From: Zootoca vivipara | Taxonomy: Eukaryota | Length of the DNA: 64,000 nucleotides | NCBI RefSeq assembly: GCF_963506605.1 | Contig: NC_083278.1 | Coordinates: 73,408,001-73,472,000, forward strand | Direction: 5' to 3' | Shown here: piece after piece, positions 50,126 to 62,286 of the stretch | How positions within the stretch are numbered: position 1 is the stretch's first letter | How the letters are laid out: each line of letters begins with the position of its first letter | Made by a program: the position numbers and the translations under genes | The notes under the pieces: generated by a model | Databases searched by the model: none | What the model was told of the DNA's origin: nothing | The model's input: only the letters and a program-made list of their open reading frames with translations

Positions 50126-51667
50126 TCCACTGAATGGAGATTGTATAAAACCAGTGCTTCTTGAGCCTTTTTACAATCAGATCTTTTGGATATGCTTTCA
50201 GTGGTGGTGTAGTTTGAAAAATGGACTGTTAGTTGGAAACATTCCTACATGTATATGTCACGCCTAATGAGATCACAATTAATCTCTGGATTTTAATGCA
50301 TGTGGAAAACTTCCAAAAATTGAAAGAGTTTTAAAATCTGCTCAGCCAGTCTTTAAATCATTAGTTGAAACACATTATTTATAGTGGTAATGTATAATTT
50401 ATTTTAAATCGCTACTCCTTTGCATTGTGTTATTTTATTTTATTCATTGTGGGGGGATCACTTATATTTATGACACAGTCTTTTACTAGCTTCACAAATA
50501 TGAGACACATGTTCCTGCAGCATTAACCGCTGTGCTGCAAGTTACAGAGGTGACAAAGGTTTGTTGCTATCACCTCTTTATCTGTAGCTTAAATCTAGCA
50601 CTGAATTTTCTACCTCAAAAACATCGATTGGGAATTGATGCCAGGAAGCTGTGTTGTCAGAGAGTTACTTTTCTACCCAGGGATGTCAAATCATAAGGGT
50701 AAAGCTCAAGTGGTTTATGTAGTCATCTGTTCCTCTGGGTGGAATTAAAGCCCTGTAAGACAAACGTGACTGGCTTTTATCTCTGCCAAATATATGTTAC
50801 AGCCGAAAATCTTGGCTTGGAGCCTCGTATGGGCTCTGTCTCTAGCTGTCTATCCTCTTTACTTCTCACTCCTAAGCTTCTAGCAAGTGTTCCTTCTAAT
50901 GCCTCTTTATGCTGCTGCTTTCTTCCCTTTCTCTTTCATTACTCTCCACATTTCAGTTCCCTTATCCTGCTTCCATTGGGTTGGATCCAGACTTACAGCG
51001 CAATCCTATCCTTGTCTACTCAGAAGTAGGTCCCATTGAATTCAACAGGGTTTACGCCTAGGTAAGTTGGTTTAGGTTTGCAACTTTAGCTATGATTACA
51101 GCAGATTTAACCTCAGTCTATTGCTCCACAATATATTCTGAGCATCCAGATACAAAACCAGCTGGTTCTGACCCAACTGATCCTGATAACTGTATGGACT
51201 GTAGTCTGTGCAGCAACCCACAAGAAAATGAAGTCTCTATTAGTAAGATGTGAGGTGTCTTTGATAACATTCAACACTATCACCCTAAAGTGCAGGCAGT
51301 GCTGTGATGAACATTTGGTGAGTAAATTCTGCTTAAACTAGGATGCAGTTGCCCAGGCATTCAGCATCCTTATCCTCAGAGCACTTTTAGCACATTGACA
51401 GACAACCTTTCCACTTTATATTCCACTTTCCCCATTAGCGTGGACTAAATCTGGCTTTAGTATGTTGTAACACTGAGCCACATTCACAAAGGTAGATTGT
51501 TGAGTTCATTATTTATGACTACAACCCATAGCTAAACTAGGATACAACCAGTTCCTACACACAGAGAAGAGAGTTATTCTGAGTTCAACAGAATTTACTT
51601 TCAATAGGATTGCAGTCCTAATCTATCTTTTTCTCCCTATGCATTGGGTAAAGTCCAATTTACAGAA

Positions 51668-51670
<3 letters not shown>

Positions 51671-51754
<84 letters not shown>
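51671..51754. repeat. Compound (CT)n(GT)n microsatellite
   Basis: Adjacent dinucleotide runs. Confidence 0.97.
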
Positions 51755-51755
<1 letters not shown>

Positions 51756-51925
51756 AAGCTGAATGGTGAAAGATTCAGGACAGACAAAACGAAGCATTTC
51801 TTTACACAGCATGGAGTTGAGCTTTGGAATTTGCTATCACAAGATGTGATGATGACCAGCTTATATGGCTTTAAAGAGGACGAGACAAAATTAATGGAGG
51901 ATAAAGCCATCAATGGCTGCTAGTT
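51755..51925 (+). mobile_element. CR1 LINE 3' fragment (old)
   Basis: Translates KLNGERFRTDKTKHFFTQHGVELWNLLSQDV...KLMEDKAI, typical of the CR1 ORF2 C-terminus. Confidence 0.8.
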
Positions 51926-51977
51926 ATGATGGCTGTTTTCTACCTTTAGTATCAGAGATGGCATGGACCTGAATATC

Positions 51978-52016
<39 letters not shown>

Positions 52017-52945
52017 TTATTATTTATACCCCGCCCATCTGGCCGGGTTCCCCCAGCCACCCTGGGCGGCTTCCAACAAAATATTAAAATACAGGAATCC
52101 ATCAGACATTAAAAGCTTCCCTAAACAGGGCTGCCTTGAGGTGCCTTCTAAAGGTCTGGTAATTGTTGTTCTCTTTGACCTCTGGTGGGAGGGCATTCCA
52201 CAGGGTGGGTGCCATTACCGAGAAGGCCTTCTGCCTGGTTCCCTGTAACTTGGCTTCTCGTAGAGAGAGAACTGCCAGAAGGCCCTCGGCGCTGGACCTC
52301 AGTGTCCGGGCAGAACGATGGGGGAGGACACGCTCCTTCAGGTATACTGGACCGAGGCCGTTTAGGGCTTTAAAGGTCAGCACCAACACTTTGAATTGTG
52401 CTCGGAAACATACTGGGAGCCAATGTAGGTCTTTCAGGACCGGTGTTATGTTGTCTCGGCGGCCGCTCCCAGTCACCAGTCTAGCTGCCGCATTCTGGGT
52501 TAGTTGTAGTTTCCGGGTCACCTTCAAAGGTAGCCCCACATAGAGCGCATTGCAGTAGTCCAAGGGAGAGATAACTAGAGCAGGCATCCCCAAACTGCGG
52601 CCCTCCAGATGTTTTGGCCTACAACTCCCATGATCCCTAGCAATGAGAGCCAGTGGTCGGGGAAGTTGGGAATTGTAGTCCAAAACATCTGGAGGGCCAA
52701 AGTTTGGGGATGCCTGAACTAGAGCATGCACCACTCTGGCGAGACAGTCCGCAGGCAGGTCTGTCCATCATATGGAGCTGATAAACAGCTGCCCTGGACA
52801 CAGAATTGACCTGCGCCTCCATGGACAGCTGTGAGTCCAAAATGACTCCCAGGCTGCACACCTGGTCCTTCAGGGGCACAGTTACCCCATTCAGGACCAG
52901 GGAATCCTCCACACCTGCCCTCCTCCTGTCCCCCACAAACAGTAT
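51978..52945 (-). mobile_element. L2-clade LINE, 5'-truncated, with (ATT)n tail, interrupted by a hAT MITE
   Basis: ORFs 52637-52948 and 52102-52734 include LGVILDSQLSM and LDYCNALYVGLP...LQLTQNAAARL...ITPVLKDLHWLP, L2 ORF2 C-terminal motifs. Confidence 0.92.
52581..52716 (+). mobile_element. Young 136-bp hAT MITE, copy 2, nested in L2
   Basis: Same TIRs; perfect TSD AACTAGAG at 52573-52580 and 52717-52724. Confidence 0.95.
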
Positions 52946-53287
52946 CAATGGCTGGGGATCACAGGTGGGAGAATACAGGTGTGCTCATGTCTTGCTAGAA
53001 TAGGGAGCCTTCAGTCTGATCTATCAGGGCTCTTTTGGGGGTCAAGAGTGAGTGAACGTCAGCCCACTACCTTGAAGGCCAGGTACCAAACTAAATGTGA
53101 TGCAGGAGGCGCATGAATGAATCTCCTAACATATGTTTATTTTGTGAAACATAGCCACAGGAGCCACAGCCTTAGTCCAAATTGTTCCTCTGGTGCTGAT
53201 GTTAGTCATGGAGGGAAAAACATACCCAATATGAGTGTGTAATAAGAGTGCAGGGCCAGGCCTCTACAGCTACGACTACAGAGAATA

Positions 53288-53538
53288 ATAGAATTGTAGA
53301 GTTGGAAGGGACCCTGAGGGACATCTAGTCCAACCTCCTGCAGTGCAATAATATCAATGAAAGCATCCATGACTTCCAACCTCTGCTTAAAAACCTCCAA
53401 TGAAGGAGAGTCCACAACCTCCCAAGGCAGTCTGTTCCACCGTCGAACACCTTCTAGCATCGGAAAGTTCTTTCCAATGTTTAGTTGGAATCTCCTTTCT
53501 TGTAACTTGAATCCATTGGTTCGAGCCCTACCCTCTGG
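53288..53538 (-). mobile_element. CR1 LINE 3' end
   Basis: ORF 53206-53460 has VRRWNRLPWEVVDSPSLEVFKQRL; the 3'UTR ends ...cccttccaactctacaattctat. Confidence 0.88.
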
Positions 53539-54156
53539 TTACTAATGGCCACATTCTGCTGGAGTCCCTACAAGTTCGCTCTGGATGGCCACTGAAGCAG
53601 CTTTAGAAAAAATGTATGTCACCTAAGAACAGCGCAAGGAGTTCTTCCCAAGCAGGTCCTCTCATATTGTAAGCATCTTGAACTCAGGGATGCTAAGAGC
53701 TAGTGATCAGGCAGATGGCTAGGATAAACTCATTTGGGGGGGGGGGGTTAGTTGCATTCCTATGTATTATTTCAATGTGAAACGTATTAAATCACTAGTC
53801 TGATTTATAGAAGGTAAAGCTAATATCAGTTGGTGCATTATTCCCATTTAATGCTATCTTTTCCCAAGTTAATAATTTATGCAGTTTGACATCTCTTTAT
53901 CATTCCATTTGCCTTCCTCTTAACCACAAGGCATTAACAGCTGAAGCAGAAGTTACTCCTCTTATAATAAAAATATTTCCCAACAAAAATCACTTTCAGT
54001 TGTTTTTCTTATACTCTGTACACACCCTATATTTTGCTAAACGTAAAACTGTTGTTTTAAGTTAAAACAGTGATATAATCCTTTCCATAATTCTGTATTA
54101 TGATGTGAAAAACCAATCAGCAAGTATTTTCAGGGAAAGAGAGATGCTGGTTTAAT

Positions 54157-54477
54157 CAGGGGCCAGCAAACTTTTTCAACCGGGGGCCGGTCCACTGTCC
54201 CTCTGACCTTGTGGGGGGCCGGACTATATTTTGAAAAAAAATATGAATGAATTCCTATGCCCCACAAATAACCCAGAGATGCATTTTAAATAAAAGGACA
54301 CATTCTACTCATGTTAAAGCACCAGGCAGGCTCCACAAATAACCCAGAGATGCATTTTAAATAAAAGAACACATTCTACTCATGTAAAAACATGCTGATT
54401 CCTGGACCGTCCGCGCGCCGGATTTAGAAGGCAATTGGGCTGCATCCGGCCCCTGGGCTTTAGTTTGGGGACCCCTG
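54157..54477. mobile_element. Non-autonomous hAT (Charlie-like) element with internal tandem duplication
   Basis: CAGGGGCCAGCAAACT...AGTTTGGGGACCCCTG termini; TSD GTTTA(G)AT; two copies of ccacaaataacccagagatgcattttaaataaaag.acacattctactcatgt. Confidence 0.88.
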
Positions 54478-55653
54478 GTTTAGATCAAGGACTGGCAAAA
54501 GGTGGATCATGGTTTGCAACACATCAGCAAAGGTTTTTCTGATTCCCGATTGTTTAGCAATAGCAACAACAAAATGACCTTTCCCACCTGAATTAGGTTG
54601 CTGAAATGAAGAAATCTAAGAGGTCCTTTTATGGGGAAGGAGTTATACTGAAAACAAATTCCTTGGCTGTGCTCAGAGGCAACCCATTGTTCAATTCTGA
54701 GTGCATGTCTTCAGCAGCTGGTTCTGGCTGGTGTATCTTAGGGGTCTCGCAAAAAAAGCAAGTCAGATCCGACAAGCCTGAAGTCAGCCCACCCCTGGTA
54801 GAGGAATGAAGAGGTACACCCTCCTCCCATTTCAAAGCATTGCTTGCCTTACATCAGATGTTCGATATTTAGGAAAAGTATGCCCTGTGGAACTGTTTCT
54901 ATTGGCCTAATAGGTACAATTAATGTGCACATTTTAAAATATGTAAATAGCTAAAGGGGAGGGAGCAGCAATGAAACCACAGGGAGGGGGATTTAATCCT
55001 CTCCTTCCCTTCTGTGGTCCCAGTAAAAATATTCCACCCTCAGTTGCTATTTGCATCAGGACACCAAGGGTGGCTTCCTTTCCAGTGCAAATGGCAGCTT
55101 CTGGGGAGGATCACTGCTGCTCAGCTCCCCTCCTCCCTCACAGCTGCTATTTATATTTTTAAATACAACAACATGTAGAATGTCTTGTCTGGCCCTAGGA
55201 GGTGAGTTGAGCCAAAAACTCTTTGAGCAATTCATTTCTACAGCACCCTTCACTGAAAACACCTCAAGGCAGTTTACACAACTAAGGTAATATAAAAAGA
55301 CAATACATAGTAAACAGAAAAAAGTAAAAATAGTTCTCTTCAGATAAATAATTAACAGTAAGAAGATACAAAGTGGCTAATGCCAGTTATATTAGCTGAG
55401 TATCATCTGCCAGGTGTTACAGGTTGTGTGTCTTTGGGCTGCTACAGATTAACTAGGTATACAAAAAATAATTGTAAACCGTGGGGTGAAATGGCTGTGA
55501 AAAGCAAAAAATGTACTTCGGTTTTTCCATGGAATTATCACAGACTGTACCCTTTTGCATTTCACAGTCATTTCTCTGGACCATTTCTACTCGTATGGAT
55601 ACCAGCAGAACATGCATCTGGTGAAATTGACTTTCGTCTAGGAAGGTTTATGT

Positions 55654-55789
55654 CAGGCATCCCCAAACTTCGGCCCTCCAGATGTTTTGGCCTACAACTC
55701 CCATGATCCCTAGCTAACAGGACCAGTGGTCGGGGAAGATGGGAATTGTAGTCCAAGACATCTGGAGGGCTGAAGTTTGGGGATGCCTG
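55654..55789 (+). mobile_element. Young 136-bp hAT MITE, copy 3
   Basis: Same TIRs; perfect TSD GTTTATGT. Confidence 0.95.
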
Positions 55790-56425
55790 GTTTATGTCAT
55801 AATAAAACTGTTACTCTTGTGGTGGTTTGTCCACATTTGAGCATGATGTAGCCCATTAGTCCACTTTTAATGCATTCCTATTACACCAGAGTCCACATTT
55901 GCATGGATCTGAATTTGTGTGGAGCAACTTCAGTCTTTCCCATTCAAACCAGTTCATGTTCCCTTTTGTGTTTGTCCTGGCCTTCTGATGGGTTTATTCC
56001 ATTAAATACTGCCAAATCCACCAGATCAACATCAGGAACAATGGGAGCCTTATCCAATAGTTGAACTGTTAACCAAAGGCCTTTGGCAGGGGGAAAGGAG
56101 CTCACTCTGAATCATGCTGGGTGGGTGCAAAGCCCAGGAGACTCCAGAGGGAAGCCCCCACCATTTCCTCCCTAGGGGTTGGAGGAGACCAGCAGTGCTT
56201 CCTTTTCACCAAGAGGTCACTGTGGAAGCGGTATGGGAGCGGCAAGGTGGCGGCATTTCTTGCCTCCAATGAGTGTTCCTTGGAGGTCAGATCTGCTGCC
56301 CTTGCAGTTCCTGCTGCCTGAGGTGGTTGCCTCAACTTGCCTCATGGGTGGGTCAGCCCTGGATACACCCCCCCCCCGGAACACTGAAACAAATGATCTA
56401 CAACCCTAACCGGAGCTGCTTGGAG

Positions 56426-56806
56426 CATGGGCGTACCCAGGATCAAAACTAGGGGGGGCAAGGGGAGGGGCCAAGGCACGGGAGGGGCCACAAAGTGGGC
56501 GGGAACGGCGAACTCGCGCTCCGCCGGGCTGTGCCCCTCCCTAGAAGCAGGGCTGGTGGGCGGAGGCGGAGCCCAGCCCAGCGGAGCGCGAGTTCGGCGT
56601 TCCCGCCCACCGCGCCACGCTCCCTGGTTCCCCGCCGTGCTTGGCCTTGCCTGAGGGCGCGGCGGGGAGCTGGAGGGAGGGTGCGGCGCGGCGCGGCGGG
56701 AATGGCGAACTTGCGCTCCGCCGGGCTGTGCTCCGCCTCTGCCCACCAGCCCTGCTTCTAGAGTAGGGCAGCTGCCCTAACTTGCCCCGTGGTGGGTACG
56801 CCCTTG
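56426..56806. mobile_element. GC/CpG-rich hAT (Tip100-like) non-autonomous element
   Basis: TIR CATGGGCGTACCCA / TGGGTACGCCCTTG; perfect 8-bp TSD GCTTGGAG at 56418-56425 and 56807-56814. Confidence 0.88.
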
Positions 56807-58569
56807 GCTTGGAGTATCAAGATTGATGTTGTTTGGGGGAAACTTCATGTGAATTATGTAAATTAAGGTGTTGCAAACACACAGTAAACTCCAGTGCAGG
56901 TAAGATCTCTGACCTGAAAAACAGACTCCGGGTATCCACTAGAAGCTACAGAGAAATCCAGCCTGCCTTCTCTTTCTTTAACCTGCCTTCCTCAGTCTGC
57001 TCCCTCAGTCCTACAGGTCTTCAAGGGTATGAGAGCTGGGATTGCAAAAACATTTGCTTTATAAATTCTTAATCACTTTAACTGCCAGTTTCCAAAGAAA
57101 AGCAAAACAGCCTTTGAGAGAAGGGATCCTATCAAACAGATTATAAACACTCTGAATAAATTGTTTGCTTTGGGTAGAGAGGATAAACCTGCCTGAGGAT
57201 GCTTGTGATCCATCCTAATATTTTTTTATTCTCAATAAATTAGCTAATCCCATTTTGCTGGGACTTGGCAATTTGGTATTTTGCTTCCCTATAATAGCTT
57301 GTTAAATCAAGATAAGAATCCCTTTTTTCTGGAGAGGATGGAAAAGGCCACTATAGAATGGTTACCTAAAGCATAACGACAGTTCTTGGAGGGAGCTACC
57401 AGGGAAGATTAGAATAATCCCTGTGTATCCTCTTAGTTTAGTATCCTATTAAAAGTGAGAGTGGGACCTGAAGATTTTTAGTCTTGGAGATTAGCATTTG
57501 ATGAAAGAAGCTCTGAAAATGTATGCAGAGTGATGGGGATTTCAAAACCCCTAAACTGTCAAGGAAGGGGGGAGATATAAGGAATAAAAGACGAAGGATT
57601 AGAAGTATGCTTCCCCCCATTTGCAAGCTAGTCAGTCTCAAACCATCTCTTTTAGAAATCTGCTATAAATGCCTAAACATCCCATGTCTTGGTACACATA
57701 ACACACAATTAAGGAAATGGGTGCTCTTTTGAGTGTGCCTTCTGCTTATTCAACATGCTGTGGAGTGCAAGTGATAAGAAGCAACTCGTGTGAGACTGGA
57801 TTTGATCCGTTCTAGAAAGCACATGCTACTTAGTCAGGCAAGATACTGCTACAAACACAAGGAGGGAAGGGAAGCAAGGCATGAAAGGGCAAAGCGAAAT
57901 TTTAAAAAGCAAGTTACGGTGGGGGAGCCATGCTGGGACTTGCACGGAAGAAAAACAAATAAGCAAACATTTGCTCAAAGACCATGACGGAATGCTGAGA
58001 AACATTAATGACTTCCCATCATGCTGGCCAATAAAAGGTTGGGATCCTCTTTTGAAACAGTGGCATGGTGCAATTTATAAATGGACTTAAGGGCACGGAT
58101 ATGGCTCTAAGGTATTATCTAGTTTGACTCATGGTTGTGCTGAATCTATTGCACTATTGGAATTTATCTCTGGTGTTCCCAGGGCAAAGCCTAAAAAAAC
58201 AGGGAGTAGGTAGGAGCATTGTTGCAATTTTGCCAAGCCATGAAAAGATTGCATGACCAAGGAACAGAAGCTGCTGCCGCTGCTGCCACTACTGCCTGGG
58301 ACTGTTTCTCATGAGCGTCACTGCAATATTGATTGGCTCTGCTCAGATGTCAGTGTTTAATAACCCCATTAAATATAAAATTGAATTTATGTAGTGGAAG
58401 GAATGGAAGACTGATATTGCCTGCTGGATGATGGATTAATCACTACTTCTAATTAGCCCTTGCTCTGATAGCAGTTTTAATGCACAAGGCAGCCAGGGGT
58501 TTGAACAAGCTGTAGAAGATATATTGAGGTGGGACACTAATGCTCACCTCGACCCCGCCATTGCTAATA

Positions 58570-58804
58570 CCGTGTTTCTCATATTATAAGACACGTCTTA
58601 TATTTATTTTTTCCTCAAAAAAACACACTATGGCTTATTTTCAAGGGATGTCTTATTTTTTTCCTCCTCCTCCTGCCGCGGCCGGCATTGTTGCTGCGCC
58701 TATCACTATGTCTTATTTTCGGGGTATGGCTTATATTCCTTGAATGCTTAAAAATCCTGCTATGGCTTATTTTATGGGTATGTCTTAAAATATGAGAAAC
58801 AGGG
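58570..58804. mobile_element. pogo/mariner-type MITE
   Basis: TA|CCGTGTTTCTCATATTATAAGACA ... TGTCTTAAAATATGAGAAACAGGG|TA, with repeated internal tatggcttattt motifs. Confidence 0.88.
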
Positions 58805-60169
58805 TACAGGGTGAGTTAAAGTAACATTTGTAGAACAGTGTGAAGGCAGTTTGGAAATCTTTCCCCCCTCATTCACCCCCTCTCTTTTTCCAGGGTTGAG
58901 CATGGTAGGGGAACTGGTTTCTGCAAGTGTACAACAACAGCCATCTGTGGTGGGGGATACCAACTGGGTAATGTTTAAGCCACCACCCAGACATACCTCT
59001 GCCAATATCTGATGTCTCCATACATGCACTAATTTTCAGCTTCCTCCTTTGTCTCAAGCTATGTATGCTGGTTGCAAGGAAACAATATAGGTATAAAAGG
59101 AGAATTCCTAGATACCAAGATCCAAGTTTGGAGCTAGTACTCTTTGGCGAGAAACCCCAGTGGAGATTTGAAATCACAATATATGCAGCAAAGTAAAGCA
59201 TGGAAATTAAGGCAGTTAGCATAGCTTTTTGGCTGACTTCCAGGGCCAGCCAAAATGTGCAGAACCCTGAGCACGGGACAGCCAATGATCTCAACTAGCC
59301 GTATGCTTTGAAGAAATATGGAACATTCACCAAAACATGGAACATCTTTTAACCTTGGCTGGAGTTGAAAGCTCCCTTGAGACTTGGAAGCAGCACTGTT
59401 TTCACAATGCCGATATTATCATTAATATTTTTATTCCTGCAATACATGGTCTTACTAAACACACACACACACCCTAGTTGCAGGACAGCTTCCCCCAGCC
59501 ATATGTACAGCAGCTGGTTAACAAATAAAGTATAAAGTCGTCTGCCTCAGGGCCAGCCCACACAGCAACCTATTCCATTAGGGAAATGGCAATAACATTT
59601 GCTGAGCGGCTTGCTTCCTTCGGCCACTGTTTATTGACAATGGGTGGCACACGTGAAATGGGAGCGTTCACACTGTGTTTTATGCTACCAGAGCAGCCCT
59701 GCTTGGGAAGCACGCTCACTGACTCTAATGCCTGAGATTTATGGCTTCCCGGAAGACATCTCTCTCTGGCTACAAAATACTGTGGAACAGACTGAGAGAG
59801 TGGCCCCCAGCCAATGCGCCGGCAACGCTGCCCACTTGTATTCGAGAGCAAGTCCCACTGAGTTCAGTGGCCTCTTTTCAAATAAGCACACAGAGTTTAA
59901 AAGCATAAAAATAGTCCTGAAACATTAAGCATTATGCTTTTTCTGTGTGGGGAAAAACTGAGTGATGACATACTCTTAAAAAAAGAAAACAGTATGAAAT
60001 GTAGTGAATGAAAAGACCCAAGAATGCCACATAGGGTGACAGAAAAGGATATTTAATCCATCAGTCAATTAATTAATTAATGGAATTTGTATACCGCTTG
60101 GTCACAAAAATCTCCAAGTAGCTTACATAAAAATAACAATACCGACTTGTATTATGGTGCTGGAGGAGA

Positions 60170-60920
60170 CTCTTTATTTATTTTGGACAGAAGTTTATGA
60201 GAATGTTAAAAAAATATTAAAATGGACATTTGAGAAAAAACCCGAGATCTTATTGTTAAGCCTGATCCCGGAGGATGTGCCTGCAGATAGAAAGAACATC
60301 TTGCTTTACGCCTGCGCCGCGGCCAGATTATTAATAGCACAGAATTGGAAGGGAGAGAAATTACCGACTATACAGGATTGGCGCATTAAACTAGTGGAAT
60401 TTATGAATTTAGCTAAATTAACCGCGATAATTAGGAAAGTCCCCAAACAGAAATGGATAAAAGAATGGAAGTATGTAGAGGATTACCTTAGAGCTGAAGG
60501 TATTAGTGCTAGATGGGTAATTTGCCTTGATTAAATTCACACAAGGTTATGGGAATTGTAAGAATAGGTAAAGAAAACGAGATAAATGTAAATGATGTGT
60601 TTTTTAAGGGAAAGCATAGTAACGTTCAGTATAATAGGAAACCGATATGTAAATGTTGGGAAGTTTATTGTAATTTTAATTTCTGTACTTTTCTTTTTTT
60701 CTTCTTTCTTTTTTCTTTCTCTTTTTTTCTTTCTCCTTTATTTTTTCTAATAAGTTTCTAATAAGTTTTGGTTTCTTTCTTGTACAATTCTGACTTACGT
60801 TTGTACTAATGTACTTTATTTGCGTTGATTTATGTTATGTTATGTTGTGATATGTTGGATTTTATTGTTTATATGTGTAATATTTAATAAAGCATTTTAA
60901 ACTTCAAAAAAAAAAAAAAA
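60170..60920 (+). mobile_element. L1 LINE 3' end
   Basis: ORF 60154-60534 (FWTEV...PEILLL...AARLLIAQNWK...P...W) is an L1 ORF2 C-terminus, followed by a T-rich 3'UTR, AATAAA at about 60885-60890 and poly(A) at 60906-60920. Confidence 0.88.
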
Positions 60921-61232
60921 GATCAAACTTATCCATTCTGAAGGAAATCAGCCCTGAGTGCTCACTGGAAGGACAGATCGTGAAGCTGAGGCTCCAATAC
61001 TTTGGCCACCTCATGAGAAGAGAAGATTCCCTGGAAAAGACCCTGATGTTGGGAAAGATGGAGGGCACAAGGAGAAGGGGATGACAGAGGACGAGATGGT
61101 TGGACAGTGTTCTCGAAGCTACGAACATGAGTTTGACCAAACTGCGGGAGGCAGTGGGAGACAGGAGTGCCTGGCGTGCTATGGTCCATGGGGTCACGAA
61201 GAGTCGGACACGACTAAACGACAAACAACAAA
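60920..61232 (+). mobile_element. BovB (RTE) LINE 3' end
   Basis: ctgaggctccaatactttggccacctcatg...ctggaaaagaccctgatgttgggaaagat...catggggtcacgaagagtcggacacgact with a (CAA)-type tail. Confidence 0.93.
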
Positions 61233-61249
61233 TAGGCATGAAGAAGCTC

Positions 61250-62040
61250 CCAGCTGCACTTACTGGTCTCTTCAAGTAGGGCTGGGAATGGCTCCTGTCT
61301 CAAATAATAAACATGGACTCTGCAGCTTGTCATGTTCCTCCAAGTTCATGTTGAGTGCTACACTATTGTGGGGTAACAGTGGTCACACACCGCGAAACTG
61401 GTTGGCTAAAACAGGTGAGGGTACCTGATGGGTCTCAAACCCTCAGTGAGTGAGGGACTTCCCCCATCCACAAAGACAGGCTCTGGCAGATTGGGTGGAA
61501 AAGACCAATATTGGGTACAACTGTCTAGAACAGGCATCCCCAAACTTCGGCCCTCCAGATGTCTTGAACTACAATTCCCATCTTCCCTGACCATTGGTCC
61601 TGCTAGCTAGGGATCATGGGAGTTGTAGGCCAAAACATCTGGAGGGCCGCAGTTTGGGGATGCCTGGTCTAGAAGGTGGTTTCTGCACATGCTGTAGAGG
61701 GAAGTGAGGGGCAGGTGGGGAAGGTAGCCCATCTAGGAGAAGGAAAACTCTGATCCTAAACCTCTGCTGCCTTGCAGGGTATCTTCAGGAGAAGAAGAGG
61801 CTAAGGAGTAAACCTTACACAAATCCAGAGTGGAGGTGGGATGGTGCCTTGTATGCATCCTTCTGGAAACTCCTACAGCTAAGCTGGTGCCAAAAGCATT
61901 GCTCTGCTTTCCTTTGGACCACACCAGTGAGGCTGAGAGGGCAGCCCAGGACCTCCATACACACTGTCCAGGCGTGCGCCCCAGGGAGGTTACTTCAGAG
62001 CTGCTAACACAGCCATTTGACTTCACCCCCAGAGGCGCTC
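61250..62040 (+). mobile_element. Probable RTE-clade 5'-region remnant, interrupted by a hAT MITE
   Basis: gcccatctaggagaaggaaaactctgatcctaaacctc and the upstream ggtgagggta...caaaccctcagtgag resemble RTE 5'UTRs (from memory). No ORF support. Confidence 0.45.
61531..61666 (-). mobile_element. Young 136-bp hAT MITE, copy 4, opposite orientation
   Basis: Same TIRs; perfect TSD GTCTAGAA. Confidence 0.95.
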
Positions 62041-62228
62041 TCCATTGTCTCTCAAGACAGACCGATGCCAACAGCAACACCATTCACAGGGGCATCATGG
62101 GAGCTGCCTCTACCTAATAGAAGAAACTTCAAGTTCACATCACCTGCAGGGGTGGGGTGGGTCATATTTCCCCATTGCCATGATCAGGGACCAGGCCACT
62201 ACCAGGTGATGCTTGGTCTTTGGGTGCC

Positions 62229-62229
<1 letters not shown>

Positions 62230-62284
<55 letters not shown>
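62230..62284. repeat. (CA)n microsatellite
   Basis: Pure dinucleotide run. Confidence 0.97.

Positions 62285-62286
<2 letters not shown>

Noticed and set aside
52102-52734. Longest ORF in the track (210 aa) as a host gene
   Set aside because: It is the L2 ORF2 C-terminus read through an inserted 136-bp hAT MITE.
56342-56761. GC-rich ORFs and CpG island as the first exon of a neighbouring gene
   Set aside because: The GC-rich core is bounded by hAT TIRs and a perfect 8-bp TSD.
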